From contig JAAEYY010000010.1 of assembly GCA_018223105.1 (NCBI GenBank), forward strand, positions 34,812 to 98,811: DNA of 64,000 nt, written 5' to 3'. The position numbers and the translations under genes are program-made. The stretch is from a bacterium (lineage in GTDB: Bacteria; Bacteroidota; Bacteroidia; NS11-12g; UBA9320). The notes under the pieces are model-generated. The model was not told the DNA's origin. It made no database searches and saw only the letters and a program-made list of their open reading frames with translations. This document shows, in pieces, positions 28,507 through 36,850 of this stretch; the first letter of the stretch is position 1, and every line of letters starts with the position of its first letter.

Positions 28507-28995
28507 ATGAATAATGATTCCAACTTAAATCTTAGTACCGAACTTCAACATGGAATATCGGTAGATGACATCAAAGGCCTTCAAGTCTTGGTACTGCCCG
28601 AAAATTTCAACAGTGTATCTGACAAAGAAAGTTTGATTGAGGCTTCTGACTCTTTGAACATAAGTAAGATCTTTAAAGAGGAAGGTATTAAATGCGCGAA
28701 TGCGTTTGACCTAGGACTGGATGTTCCAGCTTTAGAGCGAAGAGGTTCGGATATTTGGTTGGGTCAAATCTTTATCATAGATAATGTTGCATTACCTCTT
28801 GTTATCAATGTCTTGACAGCTTTTATTCAAGACAAAATTTCTAAGAAGTCAAAGAAAAATGCCAATGTAGCACCAGAAAGGAAAGTGCATTTGGAGTTGA
28901 AAATGCATAAAAATGGCAACATTAATAAACTGAAGTATCACGGCGACTCCAAGACATTACTCAAAGTGTTACAAAACTTGAAAAATGATGATTGA
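28507..28995 (+). CDS. Hypothetical protein with one central hydrophobic helix
   Basis: 162-aa ORF; overlaps the next gene; follows GTTAGCG at 28483. Confidence 0.75.
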   Translation: MNNDSNLNLSTELQHGISVDDIKGLQVLVLPENFNSVSDKESLIEASDSLNISKIFKEEGIKCANAFDLGLDVPALERRGSDIWLGQIFIIDNVALPLVINVLTAFIQDKISKKSKKNANVAPERKVHLELKMHKNGNINKLKYHGDSKTLLKVLQNLKNDD

Positions 28996-29695
28996 GAATG
29001 TAGAAATAGACAATAAAGACTATCTCTCACAAGCCGAAAACCTAATTCAACAATGGTATGATTTTATTCAGAAAAGAAAATTGGATAAGGCGATTGCCAT
29101 ATGCAAAAGTTTAATACAATCTTACAAACAAATACTAAAAAACCGAGATTGGCCAAAAGCAACTGAAAACGATTATAATAACTTTCTAATTTTAGCAATC
29201 ACCTTTAAAGCATTCGAAGACTATGCAGAGTTGGGAAAGATAATAACACAAGCTAAATGGGATCAAAATAACTCCAACCTTGAGGCAGTTTGGTTAAAGT
29301 TATGGGACTCTAAAGACAGACTTGATTCTGTAAGAGGTAGAATTCAGTCTGATATTGTTGAAAGAATTTACAGTAACCTTGAGGACTTATTAGATCAATA
29401 TAGACAAAACTTTGGAAATGGTCTTTATGCAAGTCCAGAGATTCTAATAAAGAAGGAAACATGTTCTATTTGCAAAAATGATATTAGGGCTTGTTCGCAT
29501 ATTAAAGGTAGATGGTATGATGGACATATTTGTCGTGGAATTGCAGAAGATATTGAGTTAAAGACAATTTCTCTAGTAACTGTTCCAAAAGACCCTAGGT
29601 GTAGAATGTGGCCTTGGCGCGAGAGGGAAGATAGGGTTTTTGAAATGGTAGTGTTGACTTTATTTCAGGTAGACAACTTTTTAATTGATGACTAA
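28985..29695 (+). CDS. Hypothetical protein: helical N-terminus plus Zn-finger/prohead-protease-like C-terminus
   Basis: CSIC..C.H..G.WYDG..C...LKTISLVTVPKDP. Confidence 0.75.
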   Translation: MMIENVEIDNKDYLSQAENLIQQWYDFIQKRKLDKAIAICKSLIQSYKQILKNRDWPKATENDYNNFLILAITFKAFEDYAELGKIITQAKWDQNNSNLEAVWLKLWDSKDRLDSVRGRIQSDIVERIYSNLEDLLDQYRQNFGNGLYASPEILIKKETCSICKNDIRACSHIKGRWYDGHICRGIAEDIELKTISLVTVPKDPRCRMWPWREREDRVFEMVVLTLFQVDNFLIDD

Positions 29696-29704
29696 AAAAA
29701 CCGG

Positions 29705-29837
29705 TGCTAACAGTGTATATAAAAAATAGGTGAAATAATAGTAATATCAAGTCTTTTAGCACGTTTCACACACTTTATGCATAGCCAACATTTTGGTGTT
29801 TCAGAATCGCCTACTTTTCATATATTAAACGTTGACA
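29705..29837 (+). repeat. attC-like recombination site (Bacteroidota cassette-type palindrome)
   Basis: GCTAAC (29706) just after the stop codon; GTATATAAAAAATAGGTGA pairs imperfectly with TCGCCTACTTTTCATATAT; GTTGAC at 29831. Confidence 0.65.
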
Positions 29838-29842
29838 TATAT

Positions 29843-30721
29843 TTAAAGTGAATAGTTTAATAATAAACGATCAGAGACCAATTCAGACTCCAAAGTTTGA
29901 CCCTCCATTTGGAATCTTCTTAACATAGAGCGGCCGACAGATACGAACATTTCTTCCTCAAAAAGACCCGGTGGTATTGGCAAATCACATAAATAATTTC
30001 CTGACTTTTTATTTCCATCAATACTAAGTGCGACACGAACACCTTTTGATTTGGCATGATCTATTGACTCCAAAAGCTCTTCAAGTTTGAATGACTGCGC
30101 TCCGTATAAAATACTCTGACTATGACTGTATGGTGGGTCACAGTAAATCAAATCTCCGGTTTGGGCCATATCAAAAATCTCCTTGTAGTCAACATTCAAG
30201 AAAGTAACGTTTTTCATTCTTATAGACCATTCTTTGACTCTTTTTCGAAATGTTTCAACGGGTATTGGTTTGTGTACGCCACAAGGTGTACTCATATATC
30301 CATCTGCTTTTCTAAACCTGACAATTCCACCATAGCATGAACGGGTCAAATACAGAAAGTCTGCTCCATTATGTTTTGAATTAAAAGATGCCAAAACGCT
30401 ATTATAAACCTCTTTTTTGTCCTCGGTATCAAGCCTGTTACGCCTTTCTGCATACCATTCTATTAGTTCTTCTGGGTCGTCCTTTAGCTTTTGCCATATT
30501 TCGACCAAAGGAGCGAATATATCAGAACCAACTCCTGCAATTGGAGCAACAGTTGCCAAAACTGCACCACTTCCTAAAAACGGTTCATAGAAAGTTCCGA
30601 AGTCTGGAGGAAAACACTTAGTTATTTCACCTGCGAATTTTTGCTTGTTTCCAACCCATTTTAACAATTGAGATTTGGGAGGTGTGTATGTAGGGAACTT
30701 TGAATCCGTAGAAAATTGCAT
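29843..30721 (-). CDS. DNA adenine methyltransferase (Dam/D12 class, m6A alpha)
   Basis: LKWVGNK, YEPFLGSG (motif I), YCDPPY (motif IV). Confidence 0.92.
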   Translation of the reverse strand: MQFSTDSKFPTYTPPKSQLLKWVGNKQKFAGEITKCFPPDFGTFYEPFLGSGAVLATVAPIAGVGSDIFAPLVEIWQKLKDDPEELIEWYAERRNRLDTEDKKEVYNSVLASFNSKHNGADFLYLTRSCYGGIVRFRKADGYMSTPCGVHKPIPVETFRKRVKEWSIRMKNVTFLNVDYKEIFDMAQTGDLIYCDPPYSHSQSILYGAQSFKLEELLESIDHAKSKGVRVALSIDGNKKSGNYLCDLPIPPGLFEEEMFVSVGRSMLRRFQMEGQTLESELVSDRLLLNYSL

Positions 30722-30761
30722 AGTCTTTAAGTTCTGTCAAATCTAAGACTAATTGTTCGAA

Positions 30762-30793
30762 TATCCTATTTTGGGTTATCCTGAACTAGGATA
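30762..30793 (+). promoter_or_regulatory. Tandem C-box-like operators
   Basis: TATCC-N7-GGTTA and TATCC-N7-GGATA, 15 nt apart, immediately before the nearly leaderless C gene. Confidence 0.65.
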
Positions 30794-30805
30794 TATTTTG
30801 GTGGC

Positions 30806-31057
30806 TTGAAAAAGACTATTCATAGTAGAGAATACAGAGTTCTACTTGAAACCCTTTACAGTTTAAGGGTTGGCAACAACTTACTTCAATCTCAACTAGC
30901 AGAGAAACTAGATGTTCCACAATCATTTATAAGTAAAATAGAAAGTGGCGAGAGACGAATTGATGTAGTTGAATTAAAGGAAATAGTTGAATCTATGAAA
31001 ACCAGTTTACCCGAATTCATTAAAGAGTACATAAAAAGATTGGATGCTACCGAATGA
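30806..31057 (+). CDS. XRE-family HTH controller (C) protein
   Basis: [29 protein letters not shown]; overlaps the nuclease gene and is divergent from the MTase. Confidence 0.88.
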   Translation: MKKTIHSREYRVLLETLYSLRVGNNLLQSQLAEKLDVPQSFISKIESGERRIDVVELKEIVESMKTSLPEFIKEYIKRLDATE

Positions 31058-31910
31058 CAAATACAAAGAACTTGGCTTAGAGTTTTGGGCAAATATCAAA
31101 TTGCTTAACCAGAGATTGGGTTATGCAGAAAGAAGAACTAGTAAGAATCCTAATCCCGGCTTTGTAGTTCCTACTGTTGAGCAAATTCTTCAAGTTTTTA
31201 AAGACGAAGGGTTAAATCCTGAAAGACTTGTAAATGATAATGAACTGACTGAGTTAGGCCTCCTTCTCCAAGAATATATGCAATACAGGGGTGATGTTTT
31301 GACCAACGACGTTGAACCAAACCTCATGAATAAGGATCAAGCTAAAGACCTATTTGAGACCAAAAGAGCAGAGTTAAACCCAAATTGTCCACTACCAATG
31401 AATAAGCAAAAGGGAGAAAAACGAGATCACGCTTTTTTAACTGGATTAGTCAACATGCTAGTTGAAGCAAACAAAGGAAATTGTGATTGTGACTATGACC
31501 CAAGAGAATTAACTGCGTTGACAATTGACAAATTCCCTGTAAGAACTCTATCTAGGCGAGTTGACGGAGCATTCCCAAATATTGTTGATCCAAAAGCAAT
31601 TTGGGAAATTAAAGAATACTACTACACAACAACATTCGGAAGTCGGGTTGCAGACGGAGTTTATGAAACTCAATTAGACGGATGGGAACTTTGGGAAGCA
31701 AAGACTAATCTTGGAAGGGAAATCAATCATTATTTGATAGTTGACGATTATTTCACTTGGTGGACGTGTGGTCGCTCTTATCTCTGTCGCCTTTTAGATT
31801 CAATGCACATGGGGCTAGTTACTGAAGTGATTTTTGGGAAAGAAGTCACAAGGAGGATTCCCGCTTTAGTTAAAGAATGGACGGAGTGTGAAAATTGTCA
31901 AGATAAATAA
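31044..31910 (+). CDS. Putative type II restriction endonuclease (PD-(D/E)XK)
   Basis: RRVDGAFP...IWEIKEY motif; M <- / C -> R -> gene layout. Confidence 0.75.
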   Translation: MLPNDKYKELGLEFWANIKLLNQRLGYAERRTSKNPNPGFVVPTVEQILQVFKDEGLNPERLVNDNELTELGLLLQEYMQYRGDVLTNDVEPNLMNKDQAKDLFETKRAELNPNCPLPMNKQKGEKRDHAFLTGLVNMLVEANKGNCDCDYDPRELTALTIDKFPVRTLSRRVDGAFPNIVDPKAIWEIKEYYYTTTFGSRVADGVYETQLDGWELWEAKTNLGREINHYLIVDDYFTWWTCGRSYLCRLLDSMHMGLVTEVIFGKEVTRRIPALVKEWTECENCQDK

Positions 31911-32017
31911 ACGGTAGTTGATGAATCCTAATCTACCACTTATGTAATCGACATATCTTTATGTACTTGGAATAAGTAAAAGTTCATTAAGTTCGTTTAT
32001 GTGATTAATGATGATTT

Positions 32018-32416
32018 ATGCAAAAAAACAATATTGAAAATATAGTATCTGTAATTTCAGGAGACTCTGATATTAACTCAATTATTGTAAAAGGTCATTT
32101 ACTGTCAAGGGAGTATATAATGAAATATGTTAGAAATAATAACAGCCTTCTCGCATCTAAAACAAAAAAATTGGATTTTGAAACACTGTTAGCAATGGCA
32201 AGAACCGCGGGGGTAGAGAATTCTCTTATTTATAGGTTAGATGTAGTGTTTAAACTTTATAACTCATGTCATTCTCTTGATAATAGTAAAAAACTTGAAT
32301 TCAACATATTAATTGAGTGTAATATCCGAAAACTAGGCTCGAATTCAATAACCGATGACATTACCAATTATATTGCACACAATATATACGAACTCCAGCT
32401 ACTTTGTAATAGGTAG
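32018..32416 (+). CDS. Hypothetical protein
   Basis: 132-aa AT-rich ORF; no recognisable motif. Confidence 0.5.
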   Translation: MQKNNIENIVSVISGDSDINSIIVKGHLLSREYIMKYVRNNNSLLASKTKKLDFETLLAMARTAGVENSLIYRLDVVFKLYNSCHSLDNSKKLEFNILIECNIRKLGSNSITDDITNYIAHNIYELQLLCNR

Positions 32417-34495
32417 TTCAATTCTGAACAGCGAACCTTCTCCTTCTTTAGATTCAAAGTTTATTACGCCATTGTGATCTTCAATAATTGCATAAGATAT
32501 TGATAGGCCTAATCCTGTTCCTTTGCCTACTGGCTTAGATGTATAAAAAGGCTCAAAAACTTTCGACTGAATATTTTCTGGAATCCCATTGCCATTATCT
32601 CGCACTTTTATAACTATACAATCATCCTCTAGAATCGAGGAAACGTCTATTTCTGCTTTAGAAATGTCTGATGAATGCCTGTCTTCTACCGCATGAATAG
32701 CATTATTTAGAAGATTTAGAAATACTTGATTCAATTTACCTAGTTGACATTGAATATCCGGAATATTTTCGTCTAAACTCAGATTTACTTTTATTGAGTT
32801 CAACTCATTTTTAAGTATAGCTAATGTAGATTTCAGTCCTTTGTTAATATTAGCTTGTTGACTAGCACCAGAATCACTTCTACTGAATGTTCTTAACCCT
32901 TCAACTATATTATATGTTCTTTTAGCACCTTCCTCAATTCCATCAATTAATTCATCAGTTTCTTTTAGTGTGTAGTCCAGTTCAATTTCATCCTCGTAAG
33001 CTTCAATTTTCTTCATTTCAGACTCTTGATCTTCAACACTTGGTAAAGCTTTATATCGACTCAATAGTTCACTTATTATCTCAATATTCTCGCGTAATGG
33101 TATGACATTCGCAGTGACATAATTAATAGGATTATTAATTTCATGGGCTATACCAGCGGTAAGAACACCCAGACTTGCCATTTTCTCAGATTCAATTAAT
33201 TTCACTTGTGCTTTTTTCAAGTCTTCCAGAGTTTTCTCTAGCTCTTCCGTTCTCTGCTTTACCTTTTCTTCCAAAATCACATTTTGATTTTTTATTAGGT
33301 TCTCATTTCGTGCTAACTCTTCTATAACCCGCTCTTGAGCTTCATCAGTTTCTTTGCGAAGGGTATTTATTCTATCAGCTAATGCCACTGAAATTAGAAT
33401 TGTTTCAACAGCAATCCCAATAGGTAAACTGAATATCGATAGGTTGTTCGTAGGGATTATTCCTGAGTCTTTCATTACATAAAAAATTAAGCCTACAATT
33501 AATAAAGACCATGAAAGAAGATATATTTTGGCACTCCTTACTCCTTTAAGTGAAAGCAGTAAACTTGTAAGTAATATTACCATTGCACCATACAATCCTG
33601 AAAGTTGTATCAGTTGATAAGATATGTTAAGCAAACCTAAAAAATAGGTGACTGCTACTATAGAATATAAGAAGATTAGAATAATGTATAAGATGTAATA
33701 AATCTTCTTCAACCGTTCTCTAATTTTAAGAAAATTTAGGGCAAATAGTGCACCGAGAATTCCACTAAAGGAAGAGCCAAGGAACATGAAATGATTTGAC
33801 CATACAGGCCTTATACCTAGCAGATAATAATCAATACCTAGAAAACTGAATTGAGCTAATCCAATGAAAAGTATGTAACCTAAATAGTACCAGTAGTTTC
33901 TGTCATGAGTATAAAATGCAAGTACTAGGTTATATAGGAGCATACATAACATAATACCTGCAAACGCTCCCAGAAAAATATTTCTGATAGAAATAAAACT
34001 ACTATAAGACTCTTCCTCTGCTATTATTAACGGAACTACATAGAATGTCTTAGTACTAACTTTGATAAATACATCAATTTCATCTTTGCCATTAAAATCT
34101 ATATCAAAAGTTGGATAAGGGTCTTTATCTGATCTTCGCTCTTTACTTATGTATTTTCCACTAATTTGTTTCACTAATTCTCCTCTGGATTTAGTATAGG
34201 CACTAATTGAATCAAAATAAGGTATTGGTGAGTAAAGCTTGTAATGATTTGTCTCAAAAGGTTTTATCAACTTGAACTTTATAAGAACTGAACTGTCACG
34301 AGGACCAAGGTCAATTACTGTTGATTCTATCTTTGTAAACTTCAGATTATCAGATGCTTGGTCTTTGAGACTATAGTCATGCGGGATAAGGCTATAAGAA
34401 ACAGACTTCCCATCAATTTGAATTGTACGGTCAATGTTCTGAGCAAACAAATGACTTGACAGGACGATCATTAGGGTTAGTAAAACTGATTTCAT
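32399..34495 (-). CDS. 7TM-DISM sensor histidine kinase
   Basis: Periplasmic DISM-like domain, seven TM helices, EKMASLGVLTAGIAHEINNP H-box, [25 protein letters not shown]. Confidence 0.93.
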   Translation of the reverse strand: MKSVLLTLMIVLSSHLFAQNIDRTIQIDGKSVSYSLIPHDYSLKDQASDNLKFTKIESTVIDLGPRDSSVLIKFKLIKPFETNHYKLYSPIPYFDSISAYTKSRGELVKQISGKYISKERRSDKDPYPTFDIDFNGKDEIDVFIKVSTKTFYVVPLIIAEEESYSSFISIRNIFLGAFAGIMLCMLLYNLVLAFYTHDRNYWYYLGYILFIGLAQFSFLGIDYYLLGIRPVWSNHFMFLGSSFSGILGALFALNFLKIRERLKKIYYILYIILIFLYSIVAVTYFLGLLNISYQLIQLSGLYGAMVILLTSLLLSLKGVRSAKIYLLSWSLLIVGLIFYVMKDSGIIPTNNLSIFSLPIGIAVETILISVALADRINTLRKETDEAQERVIEELARNENLIKNQNVILEEKVKQRTEELEKTLEDLKKAQVKLIESEKMASLGVLTAGIAHEINNPINYVTANVIPLRENIEIISELLSRYKALPSVEDQESEMKKIEAYEDEIELDYTLKETDELIDGIEEGAKRTYNIVEGLRTFSRSDSGASQQANINKGLKSTLAILKNELNSIKVNLSLDENIPDIQCQLGKLNQVFLNLLNNAIHAVEDRHSSDISKAEIDVSSILEDDCIVIKVRDNGNGIPENIQSKVFEPFYTSKPVGKGTGLGLSISYAIIEDHNGVINFESKEGEGSLFRIELPITK

Positions 34496-35199
34496 ATCAA
34501 ATTTTTATAATGAATTAAAACACCACCACGTTTATTTTTTTCAATTTTCGTTTGATTAAAGTTAGCTCTTAAGGTTAGCATCGAGTTTCTAGCATAGATT
34601 GTAGCATACTTTAGAGTCAATAAATCTTCGTGTATCCATAATGCGGAATGGAACCTTTCCACGGGGTATTTGAAAATTCCCTCATTTCCAATTTCTGTAA
34701 CCATTCTAAGTCCAAGCTCTCTAGGTATTCTGTATGTGTATACGCCATTAAAGCTCAAAACAGCATCAATCCCCAGTAATGGGGCTAAAGCAATACTTGC
34801 TCTACAGAGAAAGATGGAAATTTCATGCCCCGCTACTTCTCTTGAATTCCATAGACCACATGCTTCATAAATATTAGTATAATTTAGGGAGTCAAGATAA
34901 TTGCTAACAATCTGCTTTTCAGATTTTAGAGCCTTTTCTAATGGCAAGTCTTTATCATGAACTTTCTTTTCAAATCGAATACCACCAACAGGTACGTTGT
35001 TTTTTAGAGCAATAAATGCGTAAGCATCTTCTTGTTTAATCCAATAATCTTCTTTGGAGGTTAAATGTCCAAGACCGTGTTCTTCCAACACTTTTTGATG
35101 CCCATCAACAAATTTCTCGCAAAATTCAGGATGTTCTATTGGTCTGAATGCAATTATCTCACACTCTAATGCTGTTTTTGATTTATTCTCTTTAGTCAT
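34492..35199 (-). CDS. Putative GNAT/LuxI-fold N-acyltransferase (N-acyl amino acid synthase-like)
   Basis: YAFIA....PVGGIR...LPLE, IYEACGLWNS..VAG pattern; coupled to the ThiF and HK genes. Confidence 0.6.
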   Translation of the reverse strand: MTKENKSKTALECEIIAFRPIEHPEFCEKFVDGHQKVLEEHGLGHLTSKEDYWIKQEDAYAFIALKNNVPVGGIRFEKKVHDKDLPLEKALKSEKQIVSNYLDSLNYTNIYEACGLWNSREVAGHEISIFLCRASIALAPLLGIDAVLSFNGVYTYRIPRELGLRMVTEIGNEGIFKYPVERFHSALWIHEDLLTLKYATIYARNSMLTLRANFNQTKIEKNKRGGVLIHYKNLI

Positions 35200-35208
35200 T
35201 AATTACCT

Positions 35209-36264
35209 TCAACTCAATTGAATAAAACAACCAGATTCTATATCACCTTTAAATAAAATGTTCTGAATGTAATTAGAGACAAATCCTGCCCCCAAATAAA
35301 TCTCCGAAGCCAGTTGTGGCCAGCTACGGGTTTGGGTACCAAAGCCCGGCATGGAGCGTTTCATGCCCTCTGAAACAGCATCTATATCAATAATTTGTGA
35401 GAGAAATTGTACTTTTTCTTCCATGGTTAAATCTCGTTTTATATCAGTGTAGTTTGTCACTTTACCGTGGAAGATGGGTCGGTTAGGCTCCAGATCAAAG
35501 CGTTCAATATCAATCTGGCAGCGATCATTGGTTTCCATAATCACCGGTATACCCAGCTTTCGGCAAGCTAAACGCGACTGAATTTTAATGTAAATATCGT
35601 CGCATTCTTCTACAAAAATATCCAACTTTCTCCCATCGTCTAAAAACTGATCAATATTATCATCAGTTAGGCCTTCGGTGAAGCACTTTACTTCCAAATA
35701 GGGATCCAGCTCTGCTATAGCTCGCGCAGCAGAAATACTTTTATTCTGTCCCAGTTCCTGCAAGCCCCCCGTAATGCGGTTGAGGTTGGAGAGTTCTATA
35801 CTGTCAAAATCGGCCAAATAAAAACTGCCGGCTATTCTTTCTGTGGCCAGGCAGAGTGCAACGGCGCGTCCTACCGAGAGTCCTACAATGCCCACCCGCT
35901 TTTTGCGCAATTCTGCCTGCTCTTCCCGGGTAATTTTCTCGCGGTTTCTATTGGTACGTACCTCTATAAATTCTTCCTCAGTAAGAATGTGAACTAAGCG
36001 CTCAGCCCAGGGATAATACACCCAATTGCCGATGTCTTTTCCCTCCTCCTCACATTTTTGTTTATATCTTTCCAACTCATTTTCTTCTTTGAGTTGTTTC
36101 GCAGATTTTTGTGGATTTCGGCAGAGTAATAGCTCTGTAATTTGATCCTCGAGCAGATCTAATACCTGTACATTATCCGCCGCCCTCAATACCTTTAACC
36201 GCTCCCTATCCTCCGGTACAGAAGGCTTAAGCAGTTCGGGTCTGTACACCTCAGTTCTATTCAT
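35209..36264 (-). CDS. ThiF/E1-like adenylyltransferase, Rv1355c (MoeY)-like, without nitroreductase domain
   Basis: WVYYPW, RTNRN, VGIVGLSVG, DFDSIELSNLNR, VEECD, ERFDLEP.RPIFHG, SWPQLAS. Confidence 0.88.
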   Translation of the reverse strand: MNRTEVYRPELLKPSVPEDRERLKVLRAADNVQVLDLLEDQITELLLCRNPQKSAKQLKEENELERYKQKCEEEGKDIGNWVYYPWAERLVHILTEEEFIEVRTNRNREKITREEQAELRKKRVGIVGLSVGRAVALCLATERIAGSFYLADFDSIELSNLNRITGGLQELGQNKSISAARAIAELDPYLEVKCFTEGLTDDNIDQFLDDGRKLDIFVEECDDIYIKIQSRLACRKLGIPVIMETNDRCQIDIERFDLEPNRPIFHGKVTNYTDIKRDLTMEEKVQFLSQIIDIDAVSEGMKRSMPGFGTQTRSWPQLASEIYLGAGFVSNYIQNILFKGDIESGCFIQLS

Positions 36265-36315
36265 TCAGGTTCCAAATCTGTACAGAAAAGTTGAAATAAA
36301 ATTTGTTTTGAAATA

Positions 36316-36331
36316 AAAGTTATTAACTTTG
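36316..36331. promoter_or_regulatory. Palindrome overlapping -7 promoter element between divergent thiF-like and receiver genes
   Basis: AAAGTTA-T-TAACTTT; the right arm forms TAACTTTG. Confidence 0.5.
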
Positions 36332-36356
36332 TAATACTACTACAATTACATTAACC

Positions 36357-36824
36357 ATGGAACAATCTAAAAAAATCTCCGTGCTTTATGTGGATGATGA
36401 AACACCAAATCTCTCCGCTTTTAAAGCCAACTTTCGCAAGCAATTCAATGTACATCTTGCAGAGTCTGTAAACCAGGCCCTTGAAATTATGTCTGAAAAC
36501 GAAGTGGATGTTGTTATTACAGACCATATGATGCCGGGTCGCTCAGGTGTAGACTTATTAGAACAGTTAAAGGAAACTGATCCTTATATCTGTCGTATCC
36601 TCATTACCGGTTGCTCAGACATCAACATCGTAATCGAAGCCATTAACCGAGGTGAAGTATTCCGTTTTTTAACCAAACCATGGGTAAAAGACGTACTTGC
36701 AAGCACCATACAGAGTGGTTACGAAAACATGCAGGAAAAGAAGAAAGAGCAACGCCTAAACGACAAATTGCTGGAAACAAATCAGCAGTTGGAATTTATG
36801 CTTCGCCAGAAGTTGATTAGCTAA
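36357..36824 (+). CDS. Response regulator (receiver plus short coiled-coil tail)
   Basis: VLYVDDE, ITDHMMPG, LITG, FLTKPW. Confidence 0.92.
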   Translation: MEQSKKISVLYVDDETPNLSAFKANFRKQFNVHLAESVNQALEIMSENEVDVVITDHMMPGRSGVDLLEQLKETDPYICRILITGCSDINIVIEAINRGEVFRFLTKPWVKDVLASTIQSGYENMQEKKKEQRLNDKLLETNQQLEFMLRQKLIS

Positions 36825-36850
36825 GTGCTTTTTCAATACCTTTGCTACCC

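Noticed and set aside
26849-32400. Prophage or ICE with attL/attR
   Set aside because: No integrase, structural or conjugation genes; the repeats are kinase gene tails of different lengths
35209-36264. ThiF as a CBASS/Bil-type E1 or RiPP maturase
   Set aside because: No E2, JAB, ubiquitin-like, cyclase or precursor-peptide gene nearby; motifs fit the Rv1355c-like group
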